Below, piece by piece: positions 1 through 11,435 of a stretch of 64,000 nt of DNA. The first letter of the stretch is position 1. Each line of letters begins with the position of its first letter. Both the position numbers and the translations under genes were made by a program. The notes beneath the pieces are model-generated. The model saw only the letters and a list, made by a program, of their open reading frames with translations, was not told the origin of the DNA and searched no databases. Source of the DNA: Ginglymostoma cirratum (taxonomy: Eukaryota); assembly GCA_024137785.1 (NCBI GenBank), contig JAHRHZ010000032.1:3312795-3376794 (forward strand). The letters are read 5' to 3'.

Positions 1-410
1 TTATATCAAGCAGTTGCTTGACTAGTCACTGGGACAATTCCCCAAATTTTGGCACAGGCTCCTAGATGTTGGTAAGGAAGATTTTGCAGGGTAGACAGGG
101 CTGAGATTGACATTGTCATTTCAAATGCCTACAATTAAATCAGGCCGTTTGTCTGATTTCATTCCTTTCTGCACACTTTACAGTGATTTAGATACAACTG
201 AATGGCTATTTCAGAGGGCAGTTAAGAGTCAGCTAAATTGCTATGAGTTTGGAGTCATATGTAGGCCAGATCAGGTAAGAATGGCAGATTTCCTTCATTA
301 AAGGACTTCAGTGAACCAAGTGGATATTATAACAATTTACAGTTGTTATTCTGAGTATTAAACAAGTTTTTAACTTCAAATTTTATTGCATTCAAATTGT
401 ACCACTTGCC
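1..410 (-). mobile_element. Fragment of an interspersed retroposon (5' part of a CR1-like LINE or its partner SINE)
   Basis: The block ggagtcatatgtaggccagatcaggtaagaatggcagatttccttc recurs in degenerate form at about 1860 and about 17860. Strand is tentative. Confidence 0.5.
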
Positions 411-1193
411 ATCAGCCACATTAAGGAATCCAGTCATTAGATCAATGAAGAAAAGGCAGATGGTCATGTAGCTAAAAATGCTAACAAAAGTATCTCTGGA
501 GAATTTTATCTTAGAGGATAACTGGAATAGTGTGGAGAATTAATGTGGACTTCAGAGAGCTAGAACATGCCTTTGGGTTGTTAAAAATGAATGAACTTTC
601 AAGATGTTGTCAGATATGGGATCTCTTGGGTGGAGCGTATAAAGTGGAACTAAGTCTATAGAATAAATCTTCAAAAGCTACAGTGTGAAATTAGTGGTGC
701 TTGCTTTGTTTCATTTCTTTTGTTTTTGTATACAGGAAAGTTTGTTTCTTTTCATCAAGTACAGGCCGGGTGGTTAATCATAGAGTATTCAGAATAACCG
801 GTCAGACTCCTAATTTCGCACAGCACAATCTTACAAACATAATAAACGTCTACTTTGAAAAATGTTGAACGAAATCAATATAATGCCACTCAGTAGAACA
901 CCGAATAAGAATACTAGTCAGAGTAGGACCGAGTCAAATAGGTAAAGTGGTCTCAGGTTTAATTCCTAAAGCATACTGAATGAATTATGGCGAGATGAAC
1001 TAGCAAGAAAAACATTGTACTCGTGGACTAAAAGGCTGAAAAGAAGCAACTAGAGATACATCTTAATTGGTATCCAGTTGGCAATGCTATGACATGAGTT
1101 TAGGATAGAATTGTTGCACTGTTTCTAAGGTTACTTGTTGCTGCTGATCCCAAGTTGCCCTGATACGGCAAGACTGGGCAGCTTCTTTGAAAT

Positions 1194-1766
1194 CAGAGAT
1201 AATAGGTACTGCAGATGCTGGAGAATCCGAGATAACAAGGTGTGGAGCTGGATGAACACAGCAGGCCAAGCAGCATCATAGGAGCAGGAAAGCTTGACGT
1301 TTCGNNNNNNNNNNNNNNNNNNNNNNNNNNNNNNNNNNNNNNNNNNNNNNNNNNNNNNNNNNNNNNNNNNNNNNNNNNNNNNNNNNNNNNNNNNNNNNNN
1401 NNNNNNNNNNNNNNNNNNNNNNNNNNNNNNNNNNNNNNNNNNNNNNNNNNNNNNNNNNNNNNNNNNNNNNNNNNNNNNNNNNNNNNNNNNNNNNNNNNNN
1501 NNNNNNNNNNNNNNNNNNNNNNNNNNNNNNNNNNNNNNNNNNNNNNNNNNNNNNNNNNNNNNNNNNNNNNNNNNNNNNNNNNNNNNNNNNNNNNNNNNNN
1601 NNNNNNNNNNNNNNNNNNNNNNNNNNNNNNNNNNNNNNNNNNNNNNNNNNNNNNNNNNNNNNNNNNNNNNNNNNNNNNNNNNNNNNNNNNNNNNNNNNNN
1701 NNNNCGAAACGTCAAGCTTTCCTGCTCCTATGATGCTGCTTGGCCTGCTGTATTCATCCAGCTCCA
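1194..1766. mobile_element. Penelope-like (pLTR) insertion with inverted arms flanking the gap, family A
   Basis: Right arm 1705-1766 is the reverse complement of the inner part of left arm 1194-1304. A 15-bp direct repeat cagcttctttgaaat at 1179-1193 and 1767-1781 is the TSD. Confidence 0.75.
1305..1704. other. Assembly gap (400 N)
   Basis: Run of N. The ORFs spanning it are artefacts. Confidence 0.99.
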
Positions 1767-2715
1767 CAGCTTCTTTGAAATGTTGGTGGTAACTTGATGC
1801 AAGTGATTTGGTAGGTCGCTCCAGAGGGGAGTTAGGAGTCAACCAAATTTTTGCAGGAATGGAGTCATACAGAGGTCTGACTGGACAAGAATAGAAGGTT
1901 TTCTCACCGAAATGGCATTAGTGGGTCACTTGAATTTTTACAACAAGCTTACAGCTTGATGGTCAGATTTTTTAAATCTGAAATCAAATTTTCCAGTGGC
2001 TCCAGAGGAATTTGTGCCCACAGAGCTGGGTTTTGTTGGGGTCACAGTGGCTTCAATACTGTGCTTGAAAGATGGTAATATTCCCACCTTGGGCTTTTGG
2101 GGGATGTGTTCCCCACCCAATGGATCTATGCTAACCCCAGAAGCTGATGTGCTGCTATTGAGGCTTTCATCCATTTAAGGCCCAATATCCCAACTTCAGG
2201 AATTGTTGAACATTGGAGGTAGAGCAACACTTCAGTTCCAATTGTTCTGTCAATCGTGGGTGGGCACAAATGGTACTGCATCCAGTTGAGATACAGTGAT
2301 GGAAGCTACCTTCATAGCAAGGTATGTGGAATTGGGTCATCAGGCCCAGTTAAGCAGGTCCCATTGAGGGGTGTGAATGGATGATGAGGGTGGGGTTCTG
2401 GTAATGCCACTGGAATCACCATTGCTGCAGGTGCCTGATTAGGATCTCTCTGCAAGTCTCCAGGACTGTCATACCCAAATCGTGATATGCAATTTAGAAG
2501 AAAAAGTTGTGGAAGCATATGTAATCTTACTCTTAAGATCTTGGAGAAAATTCATGCTGAATGCAGGGAAGTGCACTGTAAAATCTGAAACAGGGATAAA
2601 TTAGGACACTTAAAAATTATATTTGGTTTGTGATTTTTCTATTTTTAAGACTAGCTTCTTCGTATTTAGAATTTTCATGCAGGCTGATTTCAAGAGGTGA
2701 TTACGTGATAAGAGG

Positions 2716-2932
2716 TAGTCAGTTTAGCTCAGTTGGCTGGATAGTTAGTTTGTAAAGCAGTGTAATACCAACAGCATGGGTTCAATCCTCACACCAGCTG
2801 AGGTTACCATGAAGGACTTTCCATCTCAACCTTTCCCCTTGCCTGTGGTGTTGTTGTTAGGTTAAATCACCATCAGTTGTCCTTCTCTAATGAGAGAGCA
2901 GCTCTATGGTCTGGTAAGACTATGGTGATTCA
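2716..2932 (+). mobile_element. tRNA-derived SINE
   Basis: A-box-like tagctcagttgg and B-box-like ggttcaatcc, followed by a non-tRNA body and a (ttca)n tail. No cloverleaf 3' end. Confidence 0.65.
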
Positions 2933-5900
2933 TTCATTCAAATGCAAAGAGTAGTATGTTTTGCATGCACTGAATCACCTCCTCTGAGGTGTTGTCAATT
3001 GCCTACTGCAAGTTTTAATACAAGTAGGTTGTTGGGAGGTTGACTGTAACATGGTTTATTTAGCTAATGTCGCTCTTAAAATGGAACTAATTGTAAAGGG
3101 AACAAAATGCCAAACCAACGCACTGACAGAACTGCACCATTCCAAAATGCAGCTTTGATGGTGCTCTGGTAGTAAGTTCTGGAGAAGGATGGATGTTTTT
3201 GAAATGGAAGGACACTCTAAAGTCAAAGAAACTGTCAAGAAACCTAGATATATGTGATAAGTAGAGTGAAGCTTGCCTCATCTGTGTTTCAGACCTAGGA
3301 GTGAGAGAAGGATCTTTGTGTTGGTTTATTTCAAATTGCCAAGGTAAGTCTGCTCACAGTTTGCATCAATTAACAGTGTGTCTTACACCGTATCATAACA
3401 GCATTCCAATTTAAGTCTAGCACAACATCAAAGGGTAACAAACTTGCATTTATTAGGTGATGTTAATAATATTTCAAAGCACTTCAGCAAATTTGTAATT
3501 TTGAAACTTTGTATTTTTGAAACCACAGTTGTAATGTACAGCCGAATAGTTTATATACTCTCCAAATGCACATACTCAGGTTATACCAAATCATTTCACT
3601 TTTCAGCCGGCAAAATGTAGCCTAAGAAATGTGATAAACAAAAACACCAAGGACATTACTACAAAGTGGCTGAAGTTACATCAGCATACTGAATAAACAG
3701 GAAGTCGGTCCAGGCTGCTAGAACATGCAATTCTTTCATATTGTTTTTTTTCTCACACGTTTTTGGCATCAGAAAAAAGCAGATAGGAAAAAAAGTAGCT
3801 ACTACTGCGATCAGTGATCATTTATAGCTGAGCACACAGTAGATGCTGAAATTCTGACAATATGGTAGGAGCTGTTTACAGGTCCCAAACTCATGGCTAG
3901 TATCATTCATTGAATATTAGGTTTTATCTCCCTATTTACTTATTTATGCATTCCTTTTTTCACAGGGATGTCTTACGAACAACAGTCCAATATACAAACT
4001 CTTCTGCCAGAATCCAACAGGCAGCTTTAAACAAGCATTTAACACAAATCATTCCTATGATGCCAATATATCCAGATGCATATATGGTATGATGATACCT
4101 GTATGAAGCAATTGGTGAAGAACAAAGAAAAAGATACACTTGGAGAAATTTCAACCTTCTGTCTAAGGGCCAGTTCAAGCAGTTGTGCAGCAAACAAATG
4201 AAGCTGTTTGAGAATGAGCAAGGAACAATTTGAGACACCCACTGAGGAGTTCAAAACTTGCCGCCATATTCTGTTGCTTCACTATGTGTCAAGATTAAGC
4301 AATGGTTATGGAAAATGACACCACTTCTGACCAGAGCTCTTTTACCTGATCTTCTAGGTTCCTCATAAGTGCTTTAACTGAGGGTCTGCAGAGCTTCGAT
4401 TCCTATATCAACTTGAGGTAGTCGTAATATGGGTCTTCGAAAACCTTATAAATCTCTCACACAGATCTCTGAGGGAGTCCACAGTTTTGGGTAAATTATG
4501 GAAACAAGTAGGGAAATTGACATGTTTCACACAATGCCACAACTTCAATCTACATAGGTAGCCATTGGATGAGTATACACAGTGCCTGTTGTTCCAGGGT
4601 CATCAACTGACCCAGCACAGCAAATAATTAGCCAAATTCAGCCCAGAAACAAATATTGACACTACTTCATGTTGTCTTGTCAGTAGGAAACATTTAGAAA
4701 GACCATTCAGTTAGGAAGGAAAAAGCAAATACTATTTATATTATTTAGTGAGAAGCCAACAGGAAATCTACTTTGAATCTGTCCATGTTAGTTAGCTTTT
4801 CAATTATGAAAGGTTTTTAGACATGCCTCTGTCTTTACTTCACATCCCTGCCTGTGTTCTGCACATCAAGAATTGGAGCCTTGACTGATTTATTAAAAAA
4901 TCTGATTCCTGCATTTATCACTGACATTGAAAACTTGAAAAGCAGTCAATGATTTTTACCTGAAGATCCAGTATGCCTGGTGTTGACACACTGTTTATGT
5001 AATGGACAGCATCACTCATTTGCTAAAAAACAACTTCACACGCAGAAGCTCTCTGCTTAACGAGGCTGCAGTAAACAAGAATTATGCAGCTGTTCTGATT
5101 TATACAATAAACTTTCCCCAACAGTGTACTGAGCCAATGATATGAGAGTGAACATCTTCTAGTACTGAGCTTTCTCTGATCCTGTCCCACGGTTTTTCCA
5201 TTCATTCAAAACTTCCACAAGACTCTTCCCAATCAGCTACTCCACTCCTTTCTTAATTCTCACATTTTATTTAAAGGTTTTGAGAGTGTATTTTTACTCT
5301 AAACCATACTCTAGAATTAACTCATACAAAGAAATCACAAAAGGCCAGTTTTGAACAGGTATACAAAATGAAAAAATAATCTAGTTATTTCCTGCTCGAG
5401 ATAACCTGTTGCTGTGGAGATGAAAAGAAATGAGGCTGGGCAGCTGTTGCTTTGTACAACATCAACAGTCATTAGCCTCTAACTGACCTTAGGGACTATT
5501 TCAGCACTTCCACAGAGGAAGGACCTGACATGCTGTCTTACAGGGGCAAACTCAGATACCAGCTAAACAAAATGGTCACCATTTTGCCCACAGGAGATCC
5601 AAATAAGGAAAGTGAAAATATTAAAAATGATCAGACTTCAACTCCACATTGAAACCTAACAAAGATGTTACTTATCTACACAACAAGAAGATATATGCAA
5701 ATATACATGCCCTATAATAAATTTATGCTATAGATATGGAATATGGAATCTAATTTTAATGTTTCACTAATAACAAATACATTCCGTGCTATTGTATATA
5801 TTGTATATATGTCCTCATAGTGCACTCTGCCAGAACAAATCCCAAGTTGTTCTATAGCACCTATAATGCTCTGCCTCAAACATTCCGGTCTTATGCCAGT

Positions 5901-6482
5901 ACTGTTTTCACTCTCAAACTGCAATTAAGTTATAATGATGATCTCAGATTGATACATATGGTGTCTATTCGCAGCCAGCGCCTCCCTGTTTATGTCATCT
6001 AACTGCAAATCTGATCCTGCCAGCCAGGATAATTTTAAAACAGCCAGACTAGATGTTTCTCCATAATGTGTCCAGACACAGCAAACCTCCGTTCTTAACC
6101 AGAAAATGTCAAATGTACCAAGGAGAAAGGTGGTAGAGTTCTCAAAGTCATGTTAATGAAATAAGTTCTGCTTCAGTTTATAATTGGTATGATATGCCAA
6201 AAGATTAACAGTGCAGAGCTTGTGAGTTCCATTTTATCACCATAGGTTTGCATTGCATTCAGTAAATCCAGTAATTCATGCCCATTAACCAAGACTGCAA
6301 ATGGCTAAATTGTTATAAGTACTTCAGGAAAGGGAATGTTCTATTTCTATCTGGCGTGGCCTACCAGTAAATCCAGGTCTGCACTATATGATGGCTCTCA
6401 TTCATTAAGCCTTAATGCCCTTGAGGCAACCAAGGAAAAACAATCAATCCTGTCTCCTCAGCATCACCAACACTCAGACAGC

Positions 6483-6580
6483 ATTTCTGATGAAGGGTCT
6501 AGGCCCGAAACATCAAGCTTTCCTGCTCCTATGATGCTGCTTGGCCTGCTGTGTTCATCCAGCTCCACACCTTGTTATAT
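6483..6580 (+). mobile_element. Penelope-like short insertion, family A, with hammerhead core
   Basis: ctgatga-agggtctaggccc-gaaacatc (6487-6514) followed by the family-A body aagctttcctgctcctatgatgctgcttggcctgctgtgttcatccagc. Confidence 0.7.
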
Positions 6581-8379
6581 CCAATTGAACCTTCAGCACA
6601 TTTTCAAATGATCGTGACACCACACTTGACAATGATTTGTAATCCAAAGAATAAGAGGTATCCTCCTCCAGGTAATCTCAGACTGCTACTCATCACAGGA
6701 AGATCTCAGCTACACTGTCATCCTTAAGCTACCTTGAAGCTTTACAGAGATGCTAAGCAGAAATATAACTCAGACTCTTTAACATTGATAACCATCTAAA
6801 AAGGAAAAATCAGATTATTCTTTCAATTAAAACTGCACTTCAAAAATATTAATAGATATCAGCCAAACTGCTTAAGATTTTCTTAAGCTACTTTTGAAAT
6901 TCAAAAGTCTCTCAGCCACTTTTGCACATTCTTCTATCTTTGAATCCCATGTCCTAACTAGTAACACTACTATTTGTACACTATTCAGTATATTGTTTAA
7001 AAAAGTGCTTTGTGAAATGGGGTAGCAATAACTGAATGGCAGATGTTACATAGAGAGCATTATGCAAATTTAAATACTTCAATTTACAAAGCTTTTTAGT
7101 TGTCATTGGCACATTTTTTTTAAGAAAGTGGGCCTGTTAGAAAAATGCAACAAGCCTGCTGAATTGCAATTATCTGGAGGCATTACTTTTGATATACTGT
7201 GTTATGACACTTCTGCAGAACAGTAAATTATGAATGTGGAATTATATGATAACAATTTGTAACTCAACTTTTAAGTCGCTAAGTGAGTCAATCCCTACTT
7301 TTCAGTCTTTAAATCTTTCTTAAAGTGCATTCTAGGGTTTCACAGAGTAAACTATGAATACTAGATTCTAATCTAGTATAAAATTTCTCATACTTCATAT
7401 GGAAACCTATTCTTATTGCGATTTAAGCATCTCTTAGATAAAATCGGATTAATTTCAAACCTTTTTTGTGGCCAGGCACTTGGAAGTTATATATAGTTTC
7501 ATACTTCCTCTATTGACCTCTATCCATCCATCAAACATAAGACTAATCAGTATTCAGTCCAGAAATACAGATCACGCCAAGTGTCTCTGATGCCTGACTG
7601 CACTGAGACCATTGATTCTGCCAATAATAACATAATAAGCTATCAATAGATCAGGTAATGGCAGAAAGACACCTTCTAATTATTGCTCAGTGTTCATATA
7701 TTGCAGGAAATTAATGATTATACCTTTGAGTTAAACATCTTTCAGTAAAAGTTTAAAAATTAATAGTTATAAAACTTAAAATTCATCTCTGTGCACGTGT
7801 GTCATAGTTGTTATGCTGCAACAGTGCTTTAGTAGGCTGAACTGTGACTAGCATTCACAGACTGTGATTTGTGACCGTCAGCACCAGGGCTACACTGCAC
7901 ATTGTCTGTCATCTTCTAAAAGTCAGTAGAGAGGCTTTGTCTTATGGCCATTTTCACAAAATATTTCAACTAACCTCCAGTAAGTTCATAAAAGATTGAG
8001 GAAGTTCTAGCACTTCGTAAACTTGTCCAGGTCACATGCTTACATTATACCCCCATTTATTGCCAAATTCAAGTGATATAAATCAGAGTGGGAAACATAC
8101 CAAACACTGTTCCCAACTCAGAATAGAACCTGATTCTGGAGTAAAATCAATTTTAGGTCAGGTTTTCATCACTTTGCAGTGAAGTAAAGTGTTAACATAA
8201 TTATACCTTTAATCAAAATGTTTTCATGCAATTCTAATTTATCTAATTGGACAATATTGGATACTGTATAAATATTGTGTGGTGAATGTGAAATACCTGG
8301 TTGGAAAAGATTTTGGGAATCTGGGCAAACAGAGAGTTAGATGAGACTTACTGGATTACCCTTGTAAAGTACACAAATA

Positions 8380-11300
8380 TCCAAATTGTCAATGATGGGG
8401 AAGCCCAGCACATCTGTGAGAAGACAAGGCTTAAGCATTTTGCAACCATCTTCAGTCACAAGTGCAAAACAAATGATCCATCTTGCCTCCTCCTGAGATT
8501 AAAGCATCACAGACACCAATCTTCGTCCAATTTGATTCACTCCACCTGATATAAAGAACAGCTGAAGGAATTGGATACAGAGGCTAGGGGCTGACAACAT
8601 CTCAGAAAGAGTGCTGTGTCCTTAACCAAGATGTTCCAGTACAGTACAATGCTGGTATCTATACGGCACTGTGGAAAATTGCTACTCAACAGTTCACTTT
8701 CAATCAACAGCAAAATGATAAAAGGTGTCATGTACAGTGATACCACACAGTACTTAGTCACCAACCACCTGCTCACTGATGCTCAGTTTGGGTTCTCCCA
8801 GGGCCACATGACACCTGACCTCATTGTAACTTCGATCCAAACACGGACAACATCAGATCGCAAGAATAAGGTGAGAGTGACTATCCATACCATCAAGCTA
8901 GCATTTGATCAAGTGTGGCATCAAGTAGCCATAGCAACACTGACGTCAATGGGAATGAAGGGAAAACTTGGCAGTGATTGATCCAGAAAGGACCATGGTT
9001 GCGTGAAGCCAATAATTTTATTTCCAGGATGTAGCTGCAGGAGTTTATTGAGGTAGTGTCTTAGACCTAACAATCTTTAGTTCATTCATTAATGACCTTC
9101 CCTCCATCATAAGGTCAGTAATGGAGCTGTTTCCAAATGATAACATAATGTTCAATACTGTTTGTGATTCTATTATGATCCCTACTGATGTAAATACTGG
9201 ATAAGACATATCCTGAAATAAAACCGAATTTAATAGATCATACCTTTTAAAGTTGGTTAATGGCTCATTACTGAAACATATTCACACAAGGCTACAGACA
9301 TTCTTTAACAGCAGAATATAAGATTTAAAAGAAAACCCAAGGCTTTACAAGCTGTTTTCTTTATCGGCTTGGAACAGACCACTTGTGACTTCTGTCTCAA
9401 CCTCTCAAAATTAAGGATAATCTATGTCTTTTCAAGTCGTAGTGTCATCACAATAAAGCTTTGTTTACTTTTTTTATAAATTGGAATAGAAGCAGCACGA
9501 AGGGGTGGGGTCAAGTTCTCACAGAACCAGGATTTTCGTTTAGCTTTCAGTAGCTATTGGGATTTGAAAGCTGCTATACATCTGTCCCTGCTACAGCAAA
9601 ACACTTGAGTTCCCTCTCTCTCTCTGAGTTGTCTCTTGATGTTCTTTTCTCCTGGACTGGAGAATTGCATGTGAGACAATCTATTTTACTGAATTTACCT
9701 TTTCAAAGGGTGTGTTTATGAGATGTTACCATATTGGAACAGTTGTTGTTTAATAATTAAATAATCTATTATTCTGTTAAGTTTTCCAAATCTCCATTTT
9801 TTTGCTTGCATTTTAACTATAGTACAGGAATAAAGTGTGTTTTGCCTCAAGTCTGGTAGTTTGACAATCAAATTGTATCTGGAACACAACACCTTACACT
9901 TGCCTTTAAAAAAAAGAAGTTGGGGGTCAAGGCTATCTTCTTAAAATATTTTGATGAGGTTTTAGTCTAGTCTCCAACATTATATACAGAAGACAATTAC
10001 TAAGAACTTAACACAAATATTAAAACAAAGTTTCAACCTGTTTATATCAATATACTTGTTACAGAGACTGACTGCTACCACTGTTAGTAAAACCTTTACC
10101 CAACTGATGTTCCCCCATTTCTCTCCAAGTCTGCTGACATGAACCACCTATGAAACCATTTCAGTTCTAACAACTTCCAACTTCTATACAAGCTCTTCTG
10201 GGTTGGTAGCTCCATAGACTAGAAACCAATTCTGTTGTGGTGACTGATTCCCCTGAAATGAACTGAAAAATGTAATCCTTCTTCGATGACAATAACTCCG
10301 CTTCACTGAACAGAACTCAGTTCTTCTGAAATGAATCTTTTAACCTTCTGGTCTGGGGCCAAAACTAATTGTTTAAATGAGTTTGCTGCATCAGTCATAA
10401 ATTTAACTATACAAATGTTTTATCCATCAACATTTCAGGGGTTTGCTCAAACAGTCGACTGTAGTCAAATCCTTCTTAGAAAAGATGTATTTAAGTTACT
10501 GTCCAAATTACTTTCAGAACTATATTTTTGAAGTACCTTCACAAAACTGACCAAAATCCAAATGCTCTTATTTTAAATCCAAATCCCAAAACGTGGTAAT
10601 GACATACTATACACGTTTATTACATGTCTCCAAAACTGAAGTCATCTATATCTCTGTCAGCAAGATTTAGACAATAGTCCTACTTGGGTTGATAGGTAGC
10701 AAGTAACTTTTATGCTACACAAGTGCCAAGTAATGACCACCTGCAACAAGGAAAAATCTAACCACTGCCCCTTACATTCAATGGTATTACAATTGCTGAA
10801 TCCACCACAGTGAATATCTTGGAGATTGCCATTGACCAGAAATGGAACTGGAATAAGCTATATATGTACAGTGACTACAAGACTAGGTCACGGGCTAGGA
10901 ATTCTGCAGTGAATCTTCTCCTGTTTCTGTGCAATCTGTATATGATATGTAAGGCATGAATCAGCAGTGTGATGAAATACTCTCCACTTGCCTGGATAAC
11001 TGTGCTTGTAACAATATTGAAGAAACTCAACACCATTCATGGTAACTTCATTTGCACCCCACCAATTAGCTTCAACATTCATTCTCTCCTCCACAGAAGC
11101 ACAGTGGCAGCAGCAAGTACAATCTACAAGAAAGCATTTTGGTAACTCATCAAAACTCTTCCAAAAGCATCTTCAAATCTTGAGACATCATTGCTGAGAA
11201 GGACAAGGGAAAAAGATGCATGGGAACACCACCACCTGTAAATCCCTCTCCAAGCCACACACCATCCTGTCTTCGAACTATATCGCTGTTGCTTCACCGT

Positions 11301-11435
11301 TGCTGGGTCAAAACTCCAGAACTGATTGGGGAGTTACAGAACATGGGCTGCACCAGTTCAAGAAGGCAGCTCACCAGTGCCTTCACAAGGGCAATTAGGG
11401 AAGTACAATTGTTGGCTTAACCAGCAATGCCAGTT
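8380..11435 (+). mobile_element. Degenerate CR1-like LINE (RT region to 3' end), interrupted by a nested insertion at about 9171-10655
   Basis: ORF 8616-8981 reads HLLTDAQFGFSQGH...LAFDQVWHQ (RT motifs). The LINE resumes at about 10660 and ends in the family tail gggcaattaggga...ccagcaatgcc. Homologous to 28920-30140 and 61190-62930. Confidence 0.8.
9171..10655. mobile_element. LTR-like insertion(s) nested in the LINE
   Basis: Non-LINE sequence that separates two collinear LINE halves. It contains an internal segment (about 9340-9979) with AATAAA, a T-rich U5-like tract and a ...ccaaCA end. Confidence 0.45.

Noticed and set aside
1131-1842. Long ORFs of 163-194 aa
   Set aside because: They run through the 400-N gap and repeat arms; artefacts.
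2716-2800. Possible tRNA gene
   Set aside because: It has A/B boxes but no full cloverleaf or Pol III terminator, and continues into a SINE body.
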